A stretch of DNA of 64,000 bases, taken from Macrostomum lignano (Eukaryota). The stretch lies in the NCBI GenBank assembly GCA_002269645.1, contig NIVC01003429.1:1-64000 (forward strand). The letters are read 5' to 3'. The notes under the pieces were generated by a model. That model made no database searches. It was not told the origin of the DNA and saw only the letters and a list, made by a program, of their open reading frames with translations. Made by a program: the position numbers and the translations under genes. Below are positions 36,934-50,463 of this stretch, piece by piece; position 1 is the first letter of the stretch, and every line of letters begins with the position of its first letter.

Positions 36934-37574
36934 GCTAGCTGTGTGAAGCCTCACTATTTTATTCTGCATGCTGGAATTCGCAGCACTGAACCTGATGAGG
37001 CGCCCTCATCAGCTCATTGCAGCCTCATCGGAGCCGCTGGACCGTGAGAAATATCGGGTGGATTAAGACCCTCGTCGGGCCTTCCATCTCTTTGCATCGA
37101 AAAAATCTAAAAAAATGAAAGATTTTTCACGATTTCTGAATCCGCAGCCCGAGCGAGAAGCAAAATGATGACTATGATTTTGTGAGAAAATTTAATCTTC
37201 CTGAGAGAGGGGAAGAGTTGGGGGAGAATTCTCCCCTCCATCTCTTTCAGTTGCAAAATTTCGGGCCTTCGCAAGTCGAAAAAGGCGATTCAATTTGAAG
37301 TGTCGGAGCGGCCGGGAGATAAAGAGGGAAGTTGAGGCCGGTGGTGGGGAGCAGATTATGCAAATCTCCCCACTCCGGACAATTTTCCCCTTTATTCGGC
37401 CGGGACACACGGGGCCCGCTAAAATTTAATTTCTTAAAAGGGGGTTGCGGCTTTAAAAAAGATCGATTTTCCGCTGCGAGGGAGTTTGGTCAGCCTCATC
37501 ACCGAGTTTTGCTGCGAGCTGCTGGGCCTCTCTGTGCTCCGTGCTCTCCCTGTGCCTGACATTCCAGGTCTCAC

Positions 37575-38170
37575 CCGCCTCCCGTGTCTTACCCTCCTGT
37601 GTCATAAACTCCCGTGTCTTACCCTCCCGTGTCTTACCCTCCCATGTTACCCTCCCGTGTCTTACCCTCCCGTGTTACCCTCCCGTGTCTTAAACTCCCG
37701 TGTCTTACCCTCCCGTGTCTTAATCTCCCGTGTCTTACCCTCATGTGTCTTACCCTCCCGTATTTTACCTTCCCGAGTCTTACCCTCCTGTGTATATCCT
37801 CCCATGTTTTACCCTTCCGCGTCTTACCCTCCCGTGTCTTACCCTCCTCCCGTGTCTTACCCTCCTGTCGTGTCTTACCCTCCCTTTTCTTACCTTCCCG
37901 TTTCTTACCCTCCTGTGTCTTACCCTCCTCCCGTGTCTTACCCTCCTGTCGTGTCTTACCCTCCCTTTTCTTACCTTCCCGTGTCTTACCCTCCCGTGTC
38001 TTACCCTCCCTTGTTTTACCCTCCCATGTCTTACCCTCCCTTGTCTTACCCTCCCGTATTTTACCTTCCCGTGTCTTACCCTCGCGTGTCTTACCCTCAC
38101 GTGTATTACCTTCCTCCCGTGTCTTACCCTCCCGTGTCTTACCCTCCTCCCGTGTCTTACCCTCGTGCGT
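37575..38170. repeat. 15-nt degenerate minisatellite
   Basis: Unit cttaccctcccgtgt. Confidence 0.93.
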
Positions 38171-38769
38171 CTGGAACCGTCTATTACCCTCTATTGTCCG
38201 GAATACCAACCATCAGGTGTTTCAACTTGAAAAGTATGCTAATTTTTTCTTTCATTCCTAATGAGAATCATCAGTTGATAATCATTTTATTATCAAAGCT
38301 CAGTTTGAGTCCCCAGAGCAGAGAAGACGCGCGGTGGACGTTGAGCTCCGGCTGGCAAAGTCAAGTGCGGCAGCTGCTGATTCAAATTCCCAATCCGATG
38401 GCACAGAATGACCCTTGAAGCTGAGGCGATGACGCCCCAACCCCCTGCGCCGCCAGGGCTCAGGTCAGGTGTGAATGAAGTTCCCGTCCAGGTGCCGGCC
38501 CGAGTTGGGCCCGCCATCACCCCGGGCCACTTGGCCGCCAGCTCAGCCGAAAGCAATCAGCAGCAAGGCCGATCTTCGAATATGTTTCCCGGCAAAGAAA
38601 TGCGGCTCAATGTCAAAAAATCATTCGCTTGAGAAGGATGGACCGGTTCTCAGTTCGAACTCAAATTAAGGAGCCACTTCTGTGCAAACTGGACCATCCA
38701 CCTCCGTCTGAGAATTTGGGTCAGGTAGAGCACCGAGTTTTGAGGGCTGAATCAGATTTGTGATTTTAT

Positions 38770-40605
38770 GGATTGCTAATCTGTGTGTCTTGGATTGCTA
38801 ATCTGTGTCTTGGATTGCTAATCTGTGTCTTGGATTGCTAATCTGTGTGTCTTGGATTGCTAATCTGTGTGTCTTGGATTGCTAATCTGTGTCTTGGATT
38901 GCTAATCTGTGTGTCTTGGATTGCTAATCTGTGTGTCATGGATTGCTAATCTGTATGTCTTGGATTGCTAATCTGTGTGTCTTGGATTGCTAATCTGTGT
39001 GTCATGGATTGCTAATCTGTGTGTCTTGGATTGCTAATCTGTGTGTCTTGGATTGCTAATCTGTGTGTCTTGGATTGCTAATCTGTGTGTCTTCGATTGC
39101 TAATCTGTGTGTCTTGGATTGCTAATCTGTGTGTCTTCGATTGCTAATCTGTGTGTCTTCGATTGCTAATCTGTGTGTCTTGGATTGCTAATCTGTGTGT
39201 CATGGATTGCTAATCTGTGTCTTGGATTGCTAATCTGTGTGTCTTGGATTGCTAATCTGTGTGTCTTGGATTGCTAATCTGTGTGTCTTGGATTGCTAAT
39301 CTGTGTGTCTTGGATTGCTAATCTGTGTGTCTTGGATTGCTAATCTGTGTGTCTTGGATTGCTAATCTTTGTGTCTTGGATTGCTAATCTGTGTGTCTTG
39401 GATTGCTAATCTGTGTGTCTTGGATTGCTAATCTGTGTGTCTTGGATTGCTAATCTGTGTGTCTTGGATTGCTAATCTGTGTGTCTTGGATTGCTAATCT
39501 GTGTGTCTTGGATTGCTAATCTGTGTGTCTTGGATTGCTAATCTGTGTGTCTTGGATTGCTAATCTGTGTGTCTTGGATTGCTAATCTGTGTGTCTTGGA
39601 TTGCTAATTTGTGTCTTGGATTGCTAATCTGTGTGTCTTGGATTGCTAATCTGTGTCTCGGATTGCTAATCTGTGTGTCTTGGATTGCTAATCTGTGTGT
39701 CATGGATTGCTAATCTGTGTCTTGGATTGCTAATCTGTGTGTCTTGGATTGCTAATCTGTGTGTCTTGGATTGCTAATCTGTGTGTCTTGGATTGCTAAT
39801 CTGTGTGTCTTGGATTGCTAATCTGTGTGTCTTGGATTGCTAATCTGTGTGTCTTGGATTGCTAATCTGTGTGTCTTGGATTGCTAATTTGTGTCTTGGA
39901 TTGCTAATCTGTGTCTTGGATTGCTAATCTGTGTCTCGGATTGCTAATCTGTGTGTCTTGGATTGCTAATCTGTGTGTCATGGATTGCTAATCTGTGTCT
40001 TGGATTGCTAATCTGTGTGTCTTGGATTGCTAATCTGTGTGTCTTGGATTGCTAATCTGTGTGTCATGGATTGCTAATTTGTGTCTTGGATTGCTAATCT
40101 GTGTCATTGTTTTCTAATCTGTGTGTCTTCGATTGCTAATCTGTGTGTCATGGATTGCTAATCTGTGTGTCTTGGATTGCTAATCTGTGTGTCTTGGATT
40201 GCTAATCTGTGTGTCTTGGATTGCTAATCTGTGTGTCTTGGATTGCTAATCTGTGTGTCATGGATTGCTAATCTGTGTGTCATGGATTGTTAATCTGTGT
40301 GTCTTGGATTGCTAATCTGTGCATCTTGGATTGCTAATCTGTGCATCTTGGATTGCTAACCTGTGCATCTCGGATTGCTAATCTGTGTGTCTTGAATTGC
40401 TAATCTGTGTGTCTTGGATTGCTAATCTGTGCGTTTTGGATTGCTAATCTGTGTGTCTTGGATTGCTAATCTGTGTGTCTTGGATTGCTAATCTGTGTGT
40501 CTTGGATTGCTAATCTGTGTATCTTGGATTGCTAATCTGTGTGTCTTGGATTGCTAATCTGTGCATCTTGGATTGCTAATCTGTGCATCTTGGATTGCTA
40601 ATCCA
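38770..40605. repeat. 22/20-nt minisatellite, ~84 copies
   Basis: Unit ttggattgctaatctgtgtgtc. Confidence 0.98.
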
Positions 40606-41344
40606 TGCATTCCGGATCCCACACTGCTTCTCCCAGTTTCAACAGAGAAGCTGCAGCCCAAGGAATTGAAAGCGAAATGAGGAGTTGGGGCTTAAGGGAC
40701 TTGCGGATGCAAAAAAAAATAATCAGAGACAGCGCGGCCTGTCAGTCTTTAACTGATGCAATAATTCTGGGAAGTCAGCCTCCCCTTCCTTCTCCATCCT
40801 CCATTTTCGCCGGCAGAAATCTTGGGGGGGGGCAAATTAATGCAGCCAAGAAAAATAGAGCAGATTGAAGCCGGGGCTGGAAATGCAGAAATTGAAGGGA
40901 AAAACATGACCGAGTCTAAATGGGAGATGATGGCGCTGCACACATTAAGGCCCTCCCCCAGCCTCACTGCTCCATCTCCCTCTCTCTGCCCCCACCTTGG
41001 CGGAAATCAAAACTTCCGGTTCGTAAATCAAATTTTTTGTCCGATGGCCATTTTCTCAGGCACTCTGCCTCCCCCTTTTCCCTGGGCCTTCATTATTTTT
41101 CTTTTAAATTCACCTCCCCGAGCTCCTCAGCCGAGTGGAAGCTGGGCCGGTCTCTGGGGCGGCCAATTTATCAACCTGAGTGCAGGAAGCCGCCCTTCAT
41201 TGTCGAGTCGATCGTAAAATCAGGAAAACAGCGGGGCTGAGCGGCGCTGACTCGAGCCTGGGGCTTGTTCCTGGCATAAATATCCCAGTTTCATTTCACT
41301 GCTTTGCCTTTGGCTGGGGTCTTGGAGGTGCTGGCTCCGGTTGG

Positions 41345-41930
41345 CGCCATCCGCCCTTCAGGGTTGGAGCCATCCGCCCTTCAGTGTTGGAGCCATCCGC
41401 CCTTCAGGGTTGGAGCCATCCGCCCTTCAGGTTGGAGCCATCCGCCCTTCAGGGTTGGAGCCATCCGCCCTTCAGGTTGGCACCATCCGCCCGACAGACT
41501 AGAGCCATCCGCCCTTCAGTGTTGGAGCCATCCGCCCTTCAGTGTTGGAGCCATCCGCCCTTCAGTGTTGGAGCCATCCGCCCTTCAGGGTTGGAGCCAT
41601 TCGCCCTTCAGTGTTGTAGCCATCCGCCCTTCAGGGTTGGAGCCATCCGCCCTTCAGGTTGGCACCATCCGCCCGACAGACTAGAGCCATCCGCCCTTCA
41701 GTGTTGGAGCCATTCGCCCTTCAGTGTTGGAGCCATCCGCCCTTCAGTGTTGGAGCCATCCGCCCTTCAAATTGGAACCATCCGCCCTTCAGACTGGAAC
41801 CATCCGCTCTTCAGGTTGGAACCATCCGCCCTTCAGGTTGGAATCATCCGCCCTTTAGCTTGGAACCATCCGCCCTTCAGGTTGGAACCATCCGCCCTTC
41901 AAGTTGGAACCATCCGCCCTTCAGGTTGGA
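41345..41930. repeat. 23-nt minisatellite, ~25 copies
   Basis: Unit ggagccatccgcccttcagtgtt. Confidence 0.96.
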
Positions 41931-42704
41931 ACCTGAGCATCCGGACTTCATCCTCGAGCTTGCAGGTGAGGGGTCACGTGACCCACCGGCTAAGCCCGAG
42001 TCGAGCTGCCCAGCAGAGACGCTATGACAAAACCAGCGAGGCATGGCCGCCGCCCCCCTCCCTAAAAAATCCGAAATTCCCAATAATAAAAAATGCAATC
42101 ATTTTTAGGATCGATGAAGACCCGGAGCTCAAGCAGCTTCCTCGCCGCTTCATCCTTGACTGATCTTTGTTGACAAGGAAATTCCGGGCTGACCGGAGGA
42201 AGCCCCTTTGAGGAGGCCTTGGGCGGATCCCGGATATAAAAATCTGCAGGAGGGGAGATGGTGTGCAATTTTGATTCCCCCGTATTTCAGTGCCGGGGCC
42301 TGAAAGCAAATTTTCCCCTACAGTGGGCATCAAAAATTTCTTCAGAGGTTATTATATATTTTTGTTTCTGGTCCAATTTCGATCCGACTGTGAAATTTGA
42401 TTTACCGTTTCAATTGCGGCTTCTGCGGCGGCCCGGCGGGGTCTGGGAAATCAGCCAGGCGAGCCGGCCGGCCCTGCTGGGGACAAAATCCCCTCCCCCG
42501 ATTCCCAGTGCTTCGGCTCTGAAATCTTTTTATTGATTTTAGTGATGGCGAGGGTCGGAGAGCTGCTGGTCAGGTGCGGCGTTCACGTAGCTTACCTTAT
42601 AGTAGAGTGACAGTTCACGATGAGGAGAGTGACAGTCTCGTTGAAGAGAGTGACAGTTTCAGATATAGAGAGTGCCTGTATTAGCTAAGCAGAGTGCCAG
42701 TCCT

Positions 42705-43372
42705 AGATAAGGAGAGTGCCAGTCTTAAATAAGGAGAGTGCCAGTCCTAGATAAGGAGAGTGCCAGTCTTAAATAAGGAGAGTGCCAGTCCTAGATAAGG
42801 AGAGTGCCAGTCTTAAATAAGGAGAGTGCCAGTCCTAGATAAGGAGAGTGCCAGTCTTAAATAAGGAGAGTGCCAATCCTAGATAAGGAGAGTGCCAGTC
42901 CTAGCTAAGGAGAGTGCCTGTCCTAGCTAAGGAGAGTGCCAGTCCTAGCTAAGGAGAGTGCCAGTCCTAGCTAAGGAGAGTGCCAGTCCTAGCTAAGGAG
43001 AGTGCCAGTCCTAGCTAAGGAGAGTGCCAGTCCTAGCTAAGGAGAGTGCCTGTCCTAGCTAAGGAGAGTGCCAGTCCTAGCTAAGGAGAGTGCCAGTCCT
43101 AGCTAAGGAGAGTGCCAGTCCTAGCTAAGGAGAGTGCCTGTCCTAGCTAAGGAGAGTGCCAGTCCTAGCTAAGGAGAGTGCCAGTCCTAGCTAAGGAGAG
43201 TGCCAGTCCTAGCTAAGGAGAGTGCCAGTCCTAGCTAAGGAGAGTGCCAGTCCTAGCTAAGGAGAGTGCCAGTCCTAGCTAAGGAGAGTGCCTGTCCTAG
43301 CTAAGGAGAGTGCCAGTCCTAGCTAAGGAGAGTGCCTGTCCTAGCTAAGGAGAGTGCCAGTCCTAGCTAAGG
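42705..43372. repeat. 22-nt minisatellite, ~30 copies
   Basis: Unit aggagagtgccagtcctagcta. Confidence 0.97.
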
Positions 43373-44679
43373 AGACAATAGCGACCTCCTCTATCAAAAG
43401 TAAATCTTCACTGCTGCACTATGAAGCGGCCCAGATGACTTTGCTATCACGGAATGGCCCTTCATATGGCCCAGAGCAGGAGCGGTTGTGCCCGACCCCC
43501 CGCTATAGAGGCCAATTTCCACAATCGCCACTCGACTTCTGACGCGCTGACAAGCGACACGGGCATCGCCAGTCCCATCGGACACTCGAAAACAGGGACC
43601 AGTCTCGCCGCTGGAGCTTCATCGCGCCACTCTGACGGCCAGATGGGCTTCGGTGGGATTCCTGAGTTTTTTGCCGGAGTCTGCTATGTGCAATTAAGCT
43701 GGGGGGAGGGGGAGGCTGGACGATGAAGCGCCCCTTCCCGGAGGCGCCACTTGAAGAAGGCGCAGCAGCGCCTTTCAAATTCTTGAAGAACCACCGCAGA
43801 TTTTTTGTTTAATAAGTGGCTCGGCGGACAGTTTTTGATAGATTGGCTGCGCCTCTCGCTGTTCAATTATTGTCAGAGAGTCGCATTATTGAGAGGCCAT
43901 CCGCCCCCTGTGTCACTTCTTCTGCTTCTTGACTCTTGACTGCTTCAATAAAAGAGATATTGGCGGGCCCTGCATAAACAAACAGCCGGGCGGGCACGTG
44001 GGGCCATAAATTTTCATTTCTCCACGGCCGTCTCTCGACCTGGATTGTTGTTTTAAAAACTCGGCCGGCCATTAATGCCCCCGCGGTCAGCCGAACCTGC
44101 GAATCCAATGTTGCCACTTTCCTATAGAAATCTCGGGAGGTGCCAGAAATCCATTTTTAGCGCAGCTGCGGAGCAAAGTTCCTTCTGGCAAAAAACTCCA
44201 CTTCAATCTTTTTGCTCCCCGGGACCCCCCGGCTCCTCCCGAAACCGCGATCGAACACGGGGGCCATCTGGTCCGAGTTCGGCACAGCTAAGAATATGGA
44301 ATATTTTAATGAACTTCGAAGACCGCACCTCACCCCCCCCCCTTCCTTGTTCGAACTCGCAGCCTCATTGGTGCCTCATCCATGCGATTCTTTGCTCCGC
44401 TGCTTTTGTCGCTTTTGAAATTTATTGATTGATTGACTGACTGGGGGCAGGCAAATTAATGCTGACTGGGCCTGACCTGGGGGTCCGGGATCTGGGCGGC
44501 TCCGGCTGGGAGGAACAGGGAGGGACAGGTAGAGACAGGAGTGGAGAGTCGGAGATACGAGGAGAGAGTCAGAGAGGGGAGGTAAGAGAGTCTGTGAAGA
44601 AGAAGAGAGAGTCAGGGGAGATGAGAAGAGAGAGTCAGTGGATATGGCAGGGAGGCAGGGAGGCAGGCAGGGAGGCAGA

Positions 44680-46062
44680 GAGATGAGGAGAGATAATCAG
44701 GGGAGATGAGGAGAGATAATCAGGGGAGATGAGGAGAGATAATCAGGGGAGATGAGGAGAGATAATCAGGGGAGATGAGGAGAGATAATCAGGGGAGATG
44801 AGGAGAGAGAGTCAGGGGAGATGAGGAGAGAGAGTCAGGGGAGATGAGGAGAGAGAGTCAGGAGAGATGAGGAGAGAGAATCAGGGGAGATGAGGAGAGA
44901 GTCAGGGGAGATGAGAAGAGAGAGTCAGTGGAGATGAGAAGAGAGAGTCAGGGGAGATGAGGAGAGAGAGTCAGAGGAGATGAGGAGAGAGTCAGAGGAG
45001 ATGAGGAGAGAGTCAGAGGAGATGAGAAGAGAGAGTCAGGGGAGATGAGGAGAGAGAGTCAGGGGAGATGAGGAGAGAGTCAGGGGAGATGAGGGGAGAG
45101 TCAGGGGAGATGAGGAGAGAGTCAGGGGAGATGAGGAGAGAGTCAGAGGAGATGAGGAGAGAGAGTCAGGGGAGATGAGGAGAGAGTCAGGGGAGATGAG
45201 GAGAGAGTCAGGGGAGATGAGGAGAGAGTCAGAGGAGATGAGGAGAGAGAGTCAGGGGAGATGAGGAGAGAGTCAGAGGAGATGAGGAGAGAGAGTCAGG
45301 GGAGATGAGGAGAGAGTCAGGGGAGATGAGGAGAGAGTCAGAGGAGATGAGGAGAGAGAGTCAGGGGAGATGAGGAGAGAGTCAGGGGAGATGAGGAGAG
45401 AGTCAGAGGAGATGAGGAGAGAGAGTCAGGGGAGATGAGGGGAGAGTCAGGGGAGATGAGGAGAGAGTCAGGGGAGATGAGGAGAGAGTCAGGGGAGATG
45501 AGGAGAGAGTCAGAGGAGATATGAAGAGAGATTCAGGGGAGATGAGGAGAGAGTCAGGGGAGATGAGGAGAGAGTCAGAGGAGATGAGGAGAGAGAGTCA
45601 GGGGAGATGAGGAGAGAGTCAGGGGAGATGAGGAGAGAGTCAGAGGAGATGAGGAGAGAGAGTCAGGGGAGATGAGGAGAGAGTCAGGGGAGATGAGGAG
45701 AGAGTCAGCGGAGATGAGGGGAGAGTCAGAGGAGATGAGGAGAGAGTCAGGGGAGATGAGGAGAGAGTCAGAGGAGATGAGGAGAGAGTCAGGGGAGATG
45801 AGGAGAGAGTCAGGGGAGATGAGGAGAGAGTCAGGGGAGATGAGGAGAGAGTCAGAGGAGATGAGGAGAGAGTCAGGGGAGATGAGGAGAGAGTCAGAGG
45901 AGATGAGGAGAGAGTCAGAGGAGATGAGGAGAGAGTCAGGGGAGATGAGGAGAGAGTCAGGGGAGATGAGGAGAGAGTCAGGGGAGATGAGGAGAGAGTC
46001 AGGGGAGATGAGGGGAGAGTCAGCGGAGATGGGGAGAGAGTCAGCGGAGATGGGGAGAGTCA
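44680..46062. repeat. 21/23-nt purine-rich minisatellite, ~64 copies
   Basis: Unit ggagatgaggagagagtcag(g/a). Confidence 0.97.
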
Positions 46063-46932
46063 GAGAAGGGGCTGCTCCTTATTCGAGCAAAGCAGGCAGT
46101 TAATTTCCAGGGCCTTTATCAAGGTGCCACAGCTTGTATAAATGAGCTGAAGGCCAATAAATTCAAATAGGTGCGCGGCAATATCGGCCTCTGAAAGGCC
46201 CAGTCTCGCTTTCTTCCCCTATTGGCCCTCCCTGGTCCCAGCGCAGGCTTTCCCACAAAAAAGATAGACAGGAACGGCCCATTTCCCCTTTGGCCGAAGT
46301 TTTATTACAAGACCCTTAATTTACCGCCAGCGGCTGAGGGGTAAAAATCACTGGGCGGTCAAATCGCAGGAGTGTAATTATCCCCCCCCGTGCGTGGCCA
46401 ACCGTTTCGTTGCGGCACCTGGCGCGGTCATCGCCCCCGGCAGGTGTGGAAGAGAGCCGCCGCCGCCGCTGTGCTCGCGTGCGATCAGGCTGTGAAAGCC
46501 GATGCCAGACTTGGGAACCCATTGTGACATCGGGGTCTGTGGGAAAGTGGGAACCGATGGGGCGCTGGGCCACCCTCCCCCACACCGCAAACTAAAACAC
46601 AATTTGCCGGCTTGTTGTCGCAACAAGAGCCCCTCTTGTCCGTCTCTCCTCCACTGCCCCAACTCTGCCTGCCCCACCTCTGCCTCGCCCAGCCAATGGC
46701 GACCCGTCTGGCTCACAGCTGTGCCCAAGCAGCCTCCAACCTCCAGTGTACAGCCCTCAGTCTTCATAATAATAATAATCATATCTGCCCCCCTCTGGAC
46801 CGGAGAGACCCCAAGGGGGAGCAGAGCGCCTTGTCTACCAGCCCAGCCCAGCGACTCGGCATCCGCAGTCTTCGGACCAGCAAAGCGCTCCAAGCAGATC
46901 TCCACACAGCCCGCCTTCCTGTCCCTCTCCGC

Positions 46933-47155
46933 ATGGAGTCCGCTGTGCACCACGGAGGCGGCAGCGGCGGCGGGGCGACAACTGCGGGTGCTGCTGCGTC
47001 AGCCGCTGCAGACGTGTACACCCACCATCACCTGCAGCAGCAGCAGCAGCACGCCATGGCCCTGGGCGCCACCGGGATGTTCATGGCGGGCCAGCACCAG
47101 CACCATCCGGCAGCCTCCATGGCCGGAGCACCCCTGGGCCTGTTCAACTTCAATG
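46933..47155 (+). CDS. Probable first coding exon of the C2H2 zinc-finger transcription factor
   Basis: MESAVHHGGGSGGGATTAGAAASAAADVYTHHHLQQQQQHAMALGATGMFMAGQHQHHPAASMAGAPLGLFNFN+G, then a GTGAGT donor (phase 1) matching the phase-1 acceptor at 62164. Composition (His/Gln/Ala, GC3-rich) matches the downstream exon. Intervening exons cannot be excluded. Confidence 0.75.
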
Positions 47156-49101
47156 GTGAGTTTGCATTGCCTTGAGTCCCCGCTTCGAACTCTGAGAGCG
47201 AGACGGGAAGGTAGCAAAAAGAAAGACAGACTGATAGTTGAGAAACTTGAAGACCTGGGAAGAAGAAGTTTGGGAGGGGGCAGCACTGGAGCTGGCGAGC
47301 ACAAGAGGCAAAACAACCGGAGGGCCAGCGCCTCGGGCGTGATTGATGAAGTTGTGCTCCCGGCCGGGTGGGTAGAAGCGACAGCGTTTTGAAGGGGGTG
47401 CCGCCGTGTCTCCCTTCTCCCCCCGGCCGGTTTCTGTGATAATCCCCCACTTCCCTGCCTCAGAAGCTGCTGCCGTGTTGTGCGTTCGATCCGCCTCCTC
47501 AGCACAGTCAGCAAGTTGCTCGAATGAGAGGGGGGCAGCACCGGGCAGGTGAGAGGGGAGAAAATCGCAGCAGACTCCCGGCTGACGCGATGAGGTGCGC
47601 GGCATGGCAGGCGGAGTTGAGAAGGGGGAAAATTTAATTATTCCAACTGTCAGCGCCCTCCTGTCCCCTCGGATCCCTGCCGCTCTCTCGCCGTCCCCCC
47701 TCTGCTGGGCTGTCGCACCTGGTTGTGAATTTTTTGGAAAATTTAAAATCTTCCCATATCTTCGGCCCTCCCCCTACCTGCTCCTTTTTTCTTCCCCTTG
47801 GCTTTCTTATTCTCCCTTAGTTCTCACCCATCAGGGTCGGCCCTGTTCTGCTTCTTCACACATGGCTTCGTGTCTTCCCCATCGTTTCTGGGAGCTCGGG
47901 GATCTGCAGGGGGAGGCTTCCCCGCCCTCCACAGCTCCCGTAGGACACCCCCCCCCGAAGTGGCTCGAGTCCTATTTAGTCAGAATGCTTCGAGCGATGC
48001 TTATCAGGCTGAGCAGGGGGGGGGGACGTGCTGTTGGGGCGACACCGGCAGCGGGTCTGCAAATATGCGCTGAATGAATGGCTGGCCCGGACACGGATCT
48101 GCTTGGGAGGCAACCGGCAAGTTGAGAATTCCATTTTCAAGGATTTCTGCAACAAATTTAAGACTTGCGGCTTGAACTTTTTGTTATGAAGAAAGTTATT
48201 AAAAAATCTAAAAAAAAACAGAAGCCGACCTACTCATAACTGAGCGAGAGAGGGGCTCAAGTGGAAGAGGGGAGGAGCGAGAAATGAGAAATGAAATCTG
48301 AATTTTAGCCTTCAGGGACATTGGGGGCTTCTCTGTTTGGCGTGGCTTGGTGTTTTAAAATTTATCCCCAGGAAGGCCTGAGTTGGGGAGCAGAGGGGGG
48401 GTTTAGCAAGGGAGTTATGAAAATTCATTTCAAGGCTGTCCAACTTCTGACTGAGCACAGACCAAATTTTGAGCTGGGAAAATGAGTGGAACAATCCGGA
48501 CTGCGTGCGAGCTCAAATAAATCACCTCATTCTCCTCCAGCTGCGGGGAGCCCAGCTATTTTCCTTAGTTTTTTTACACCTACTCAGCCCAGTGTTATTA
48601 ATATTCCCCACCTCTTCCCTTGCTGCCTCGTTCAGTTTTTTTCTTAATATAAAATTCGCCATTTTGGCAATATTAGAGTCGAAAACTGTGGTGAGCACCC
48701 CGGCTGAGCCAGTGGCGCAGGGCCAGCGCAGGCTGAGCAGGGGGAGGCGACCAAGGGGGGGGGAGGGACTTAAAAAATGGCTGAAATCTCACAGGAAGCG
48801 GAGAGAAGGAAAGTGCAGCACAGGCTGGTGGCTGAGTGGTTTGGCTTTCGTCAGATAATTCAATTTGTTAAAATGCAGTCCAAGCCTTTCATAAATCTTG
48901 ACCACGGGGCCGTGGAGGGCAGCTCTGGAGGCTCGGGCCGAAGCAGCATGCGCGCCCCTCTCGGGAAGGAAGTGGAGAGCTGGGGAGGCCACCGAGCTGC
49001 CTGGGAGAAAAGGCGGAATTTTGAATTTAATGAACTCCCCCCGGTGCACCTCGGGCTTCGGGGTGCGAGGCCTGTGATTAGGGAGCTGCGCAACTTCTGT
49101 A

Positions 49102-50463
49102 CGTACGAGCACCTCGGGTCTGCGCCAGTTTCTTCCCCTGGATATTGTGCGATGCAGGGAGTTGGGGATAGGGGATTCATTCTTCCCTTTCCTCCGGGAT
49201 CCGAGTGGGAATCCAAGTTTAGCAGGAAGCGTCTCGACCCGACCCTCGCAGGAGTTTATTCACAAGTCGAGTAAAGCGCCCGAGAATTTAACAATTGCTG
49301 GGAAGTTTTGGAAGAGAGGCACTGCTCCGGTTTGGGGAGGGACGGAATCCCCTCAGAGAGGATAATTGCAGGCTCGACTTGCAGGGGATGGGGAATTAAA
49401 CTCGAAACAGGCAAACTGCCAAGCAACTTGGGCTGCGGGTCCGAGGGGTGGCGCTCGCTCGGATACAGATTCACTTCAACTCGGCGTGAAAGCGGGAGAA
49501 TTAGCTTCATCCTAATGCTTATCATGAGCAGCCCTCAGCCCTGCATGATCCGCTCTTTCCCCGAGTTTGTGCCTTGAAGCGTGTCCCTTTGACAAAAAAA
49601 TATTTTGCCAGTTTTTTTCACTCGAATGAAGGCGTGAGGCCTCCTTTTGCAACCATTTATGCGGCTAAGGCCCGGGGATTATAATTAAGGCACGCAGCCT
49701 CCCCCCCCCCGTGTGCCGAGGCATGCGGCGAGCTCGGCTTTCAAACAATTCAAGTGAATAAATTGTCACCGAGACTAACAATGACGCGTGTTTTTGTTTT
49801 AATCCCCTCATTAATTTAGGCCGGGAAGGGAGAGGGGATGAGGGGATGAGTGAGTCGAAATAAGAGGCAAAATAAGCTGAATAAGTTTTTCGTTAGTTTC
49901 GTCTCAACTCTCGTGAGGCGGGCCGAAAGACTCAATAAAGTAAAGGATAGGCTGAGCAGGACTGGTTTAATTGGGTAAACCGACACGGCAGCTTGCGGCT
50001 TGCGGGGCTTCGACGGAAATGTCGCTCACCTCCCCCCTCTCGGTGAAAGTTGCTCAATGTTGTTGCTTTTAGCCAGCTGATGCTTCTGCTTGTTCTTGTC
50101 TCAGATTTTAATAAAGCCGCAGAAGCAGCCTCTGAATGCAGGGGACTTCGCTGGTCAGGCAAAAGGCGCCACCACAGGGGAGACAAAGCCGGCAGGAAAT
50201 TAAAGGAATGCGAGTTGAACCCCAATTTGGCAAAAACATGAATTCCATAAACTGTCGAGCTGGTTGAGAATTAGTTTAGAAACCCCAGAGTGGTGTTATA
50301 TTGCAGCTAAAAAAACATATTTTTTTTTATTTTTATTTTTTTTTTTATTTGGATTCCCACTCGGATCCCGGAGGAAAGGGAAGAATGAATCCCCTATTTC
50401 TAACTCCCTGCATCGCACAATATCCAGGGGAAGAAACTGGCGCAGACCCGAGGTGCTCGTACG
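49102..50463. repeat. 115-bp inverted repeat pair (49102-49216 / 50349-50463), 3 mismatches, ~1.13 kb spacer
   Basis: cgtacgagcacctcgggtc...gagtgggaatccaa is the reverse complement of ttggattcccactc...gacccgaggtgctcgtacg, by direct comparison. Confidence 0.93.

Noticed and set aside
43454-43726. 90-aa Ser/Thr-rich ORF
   Set aside because: No motif or codon bias and no consistent splice chain.
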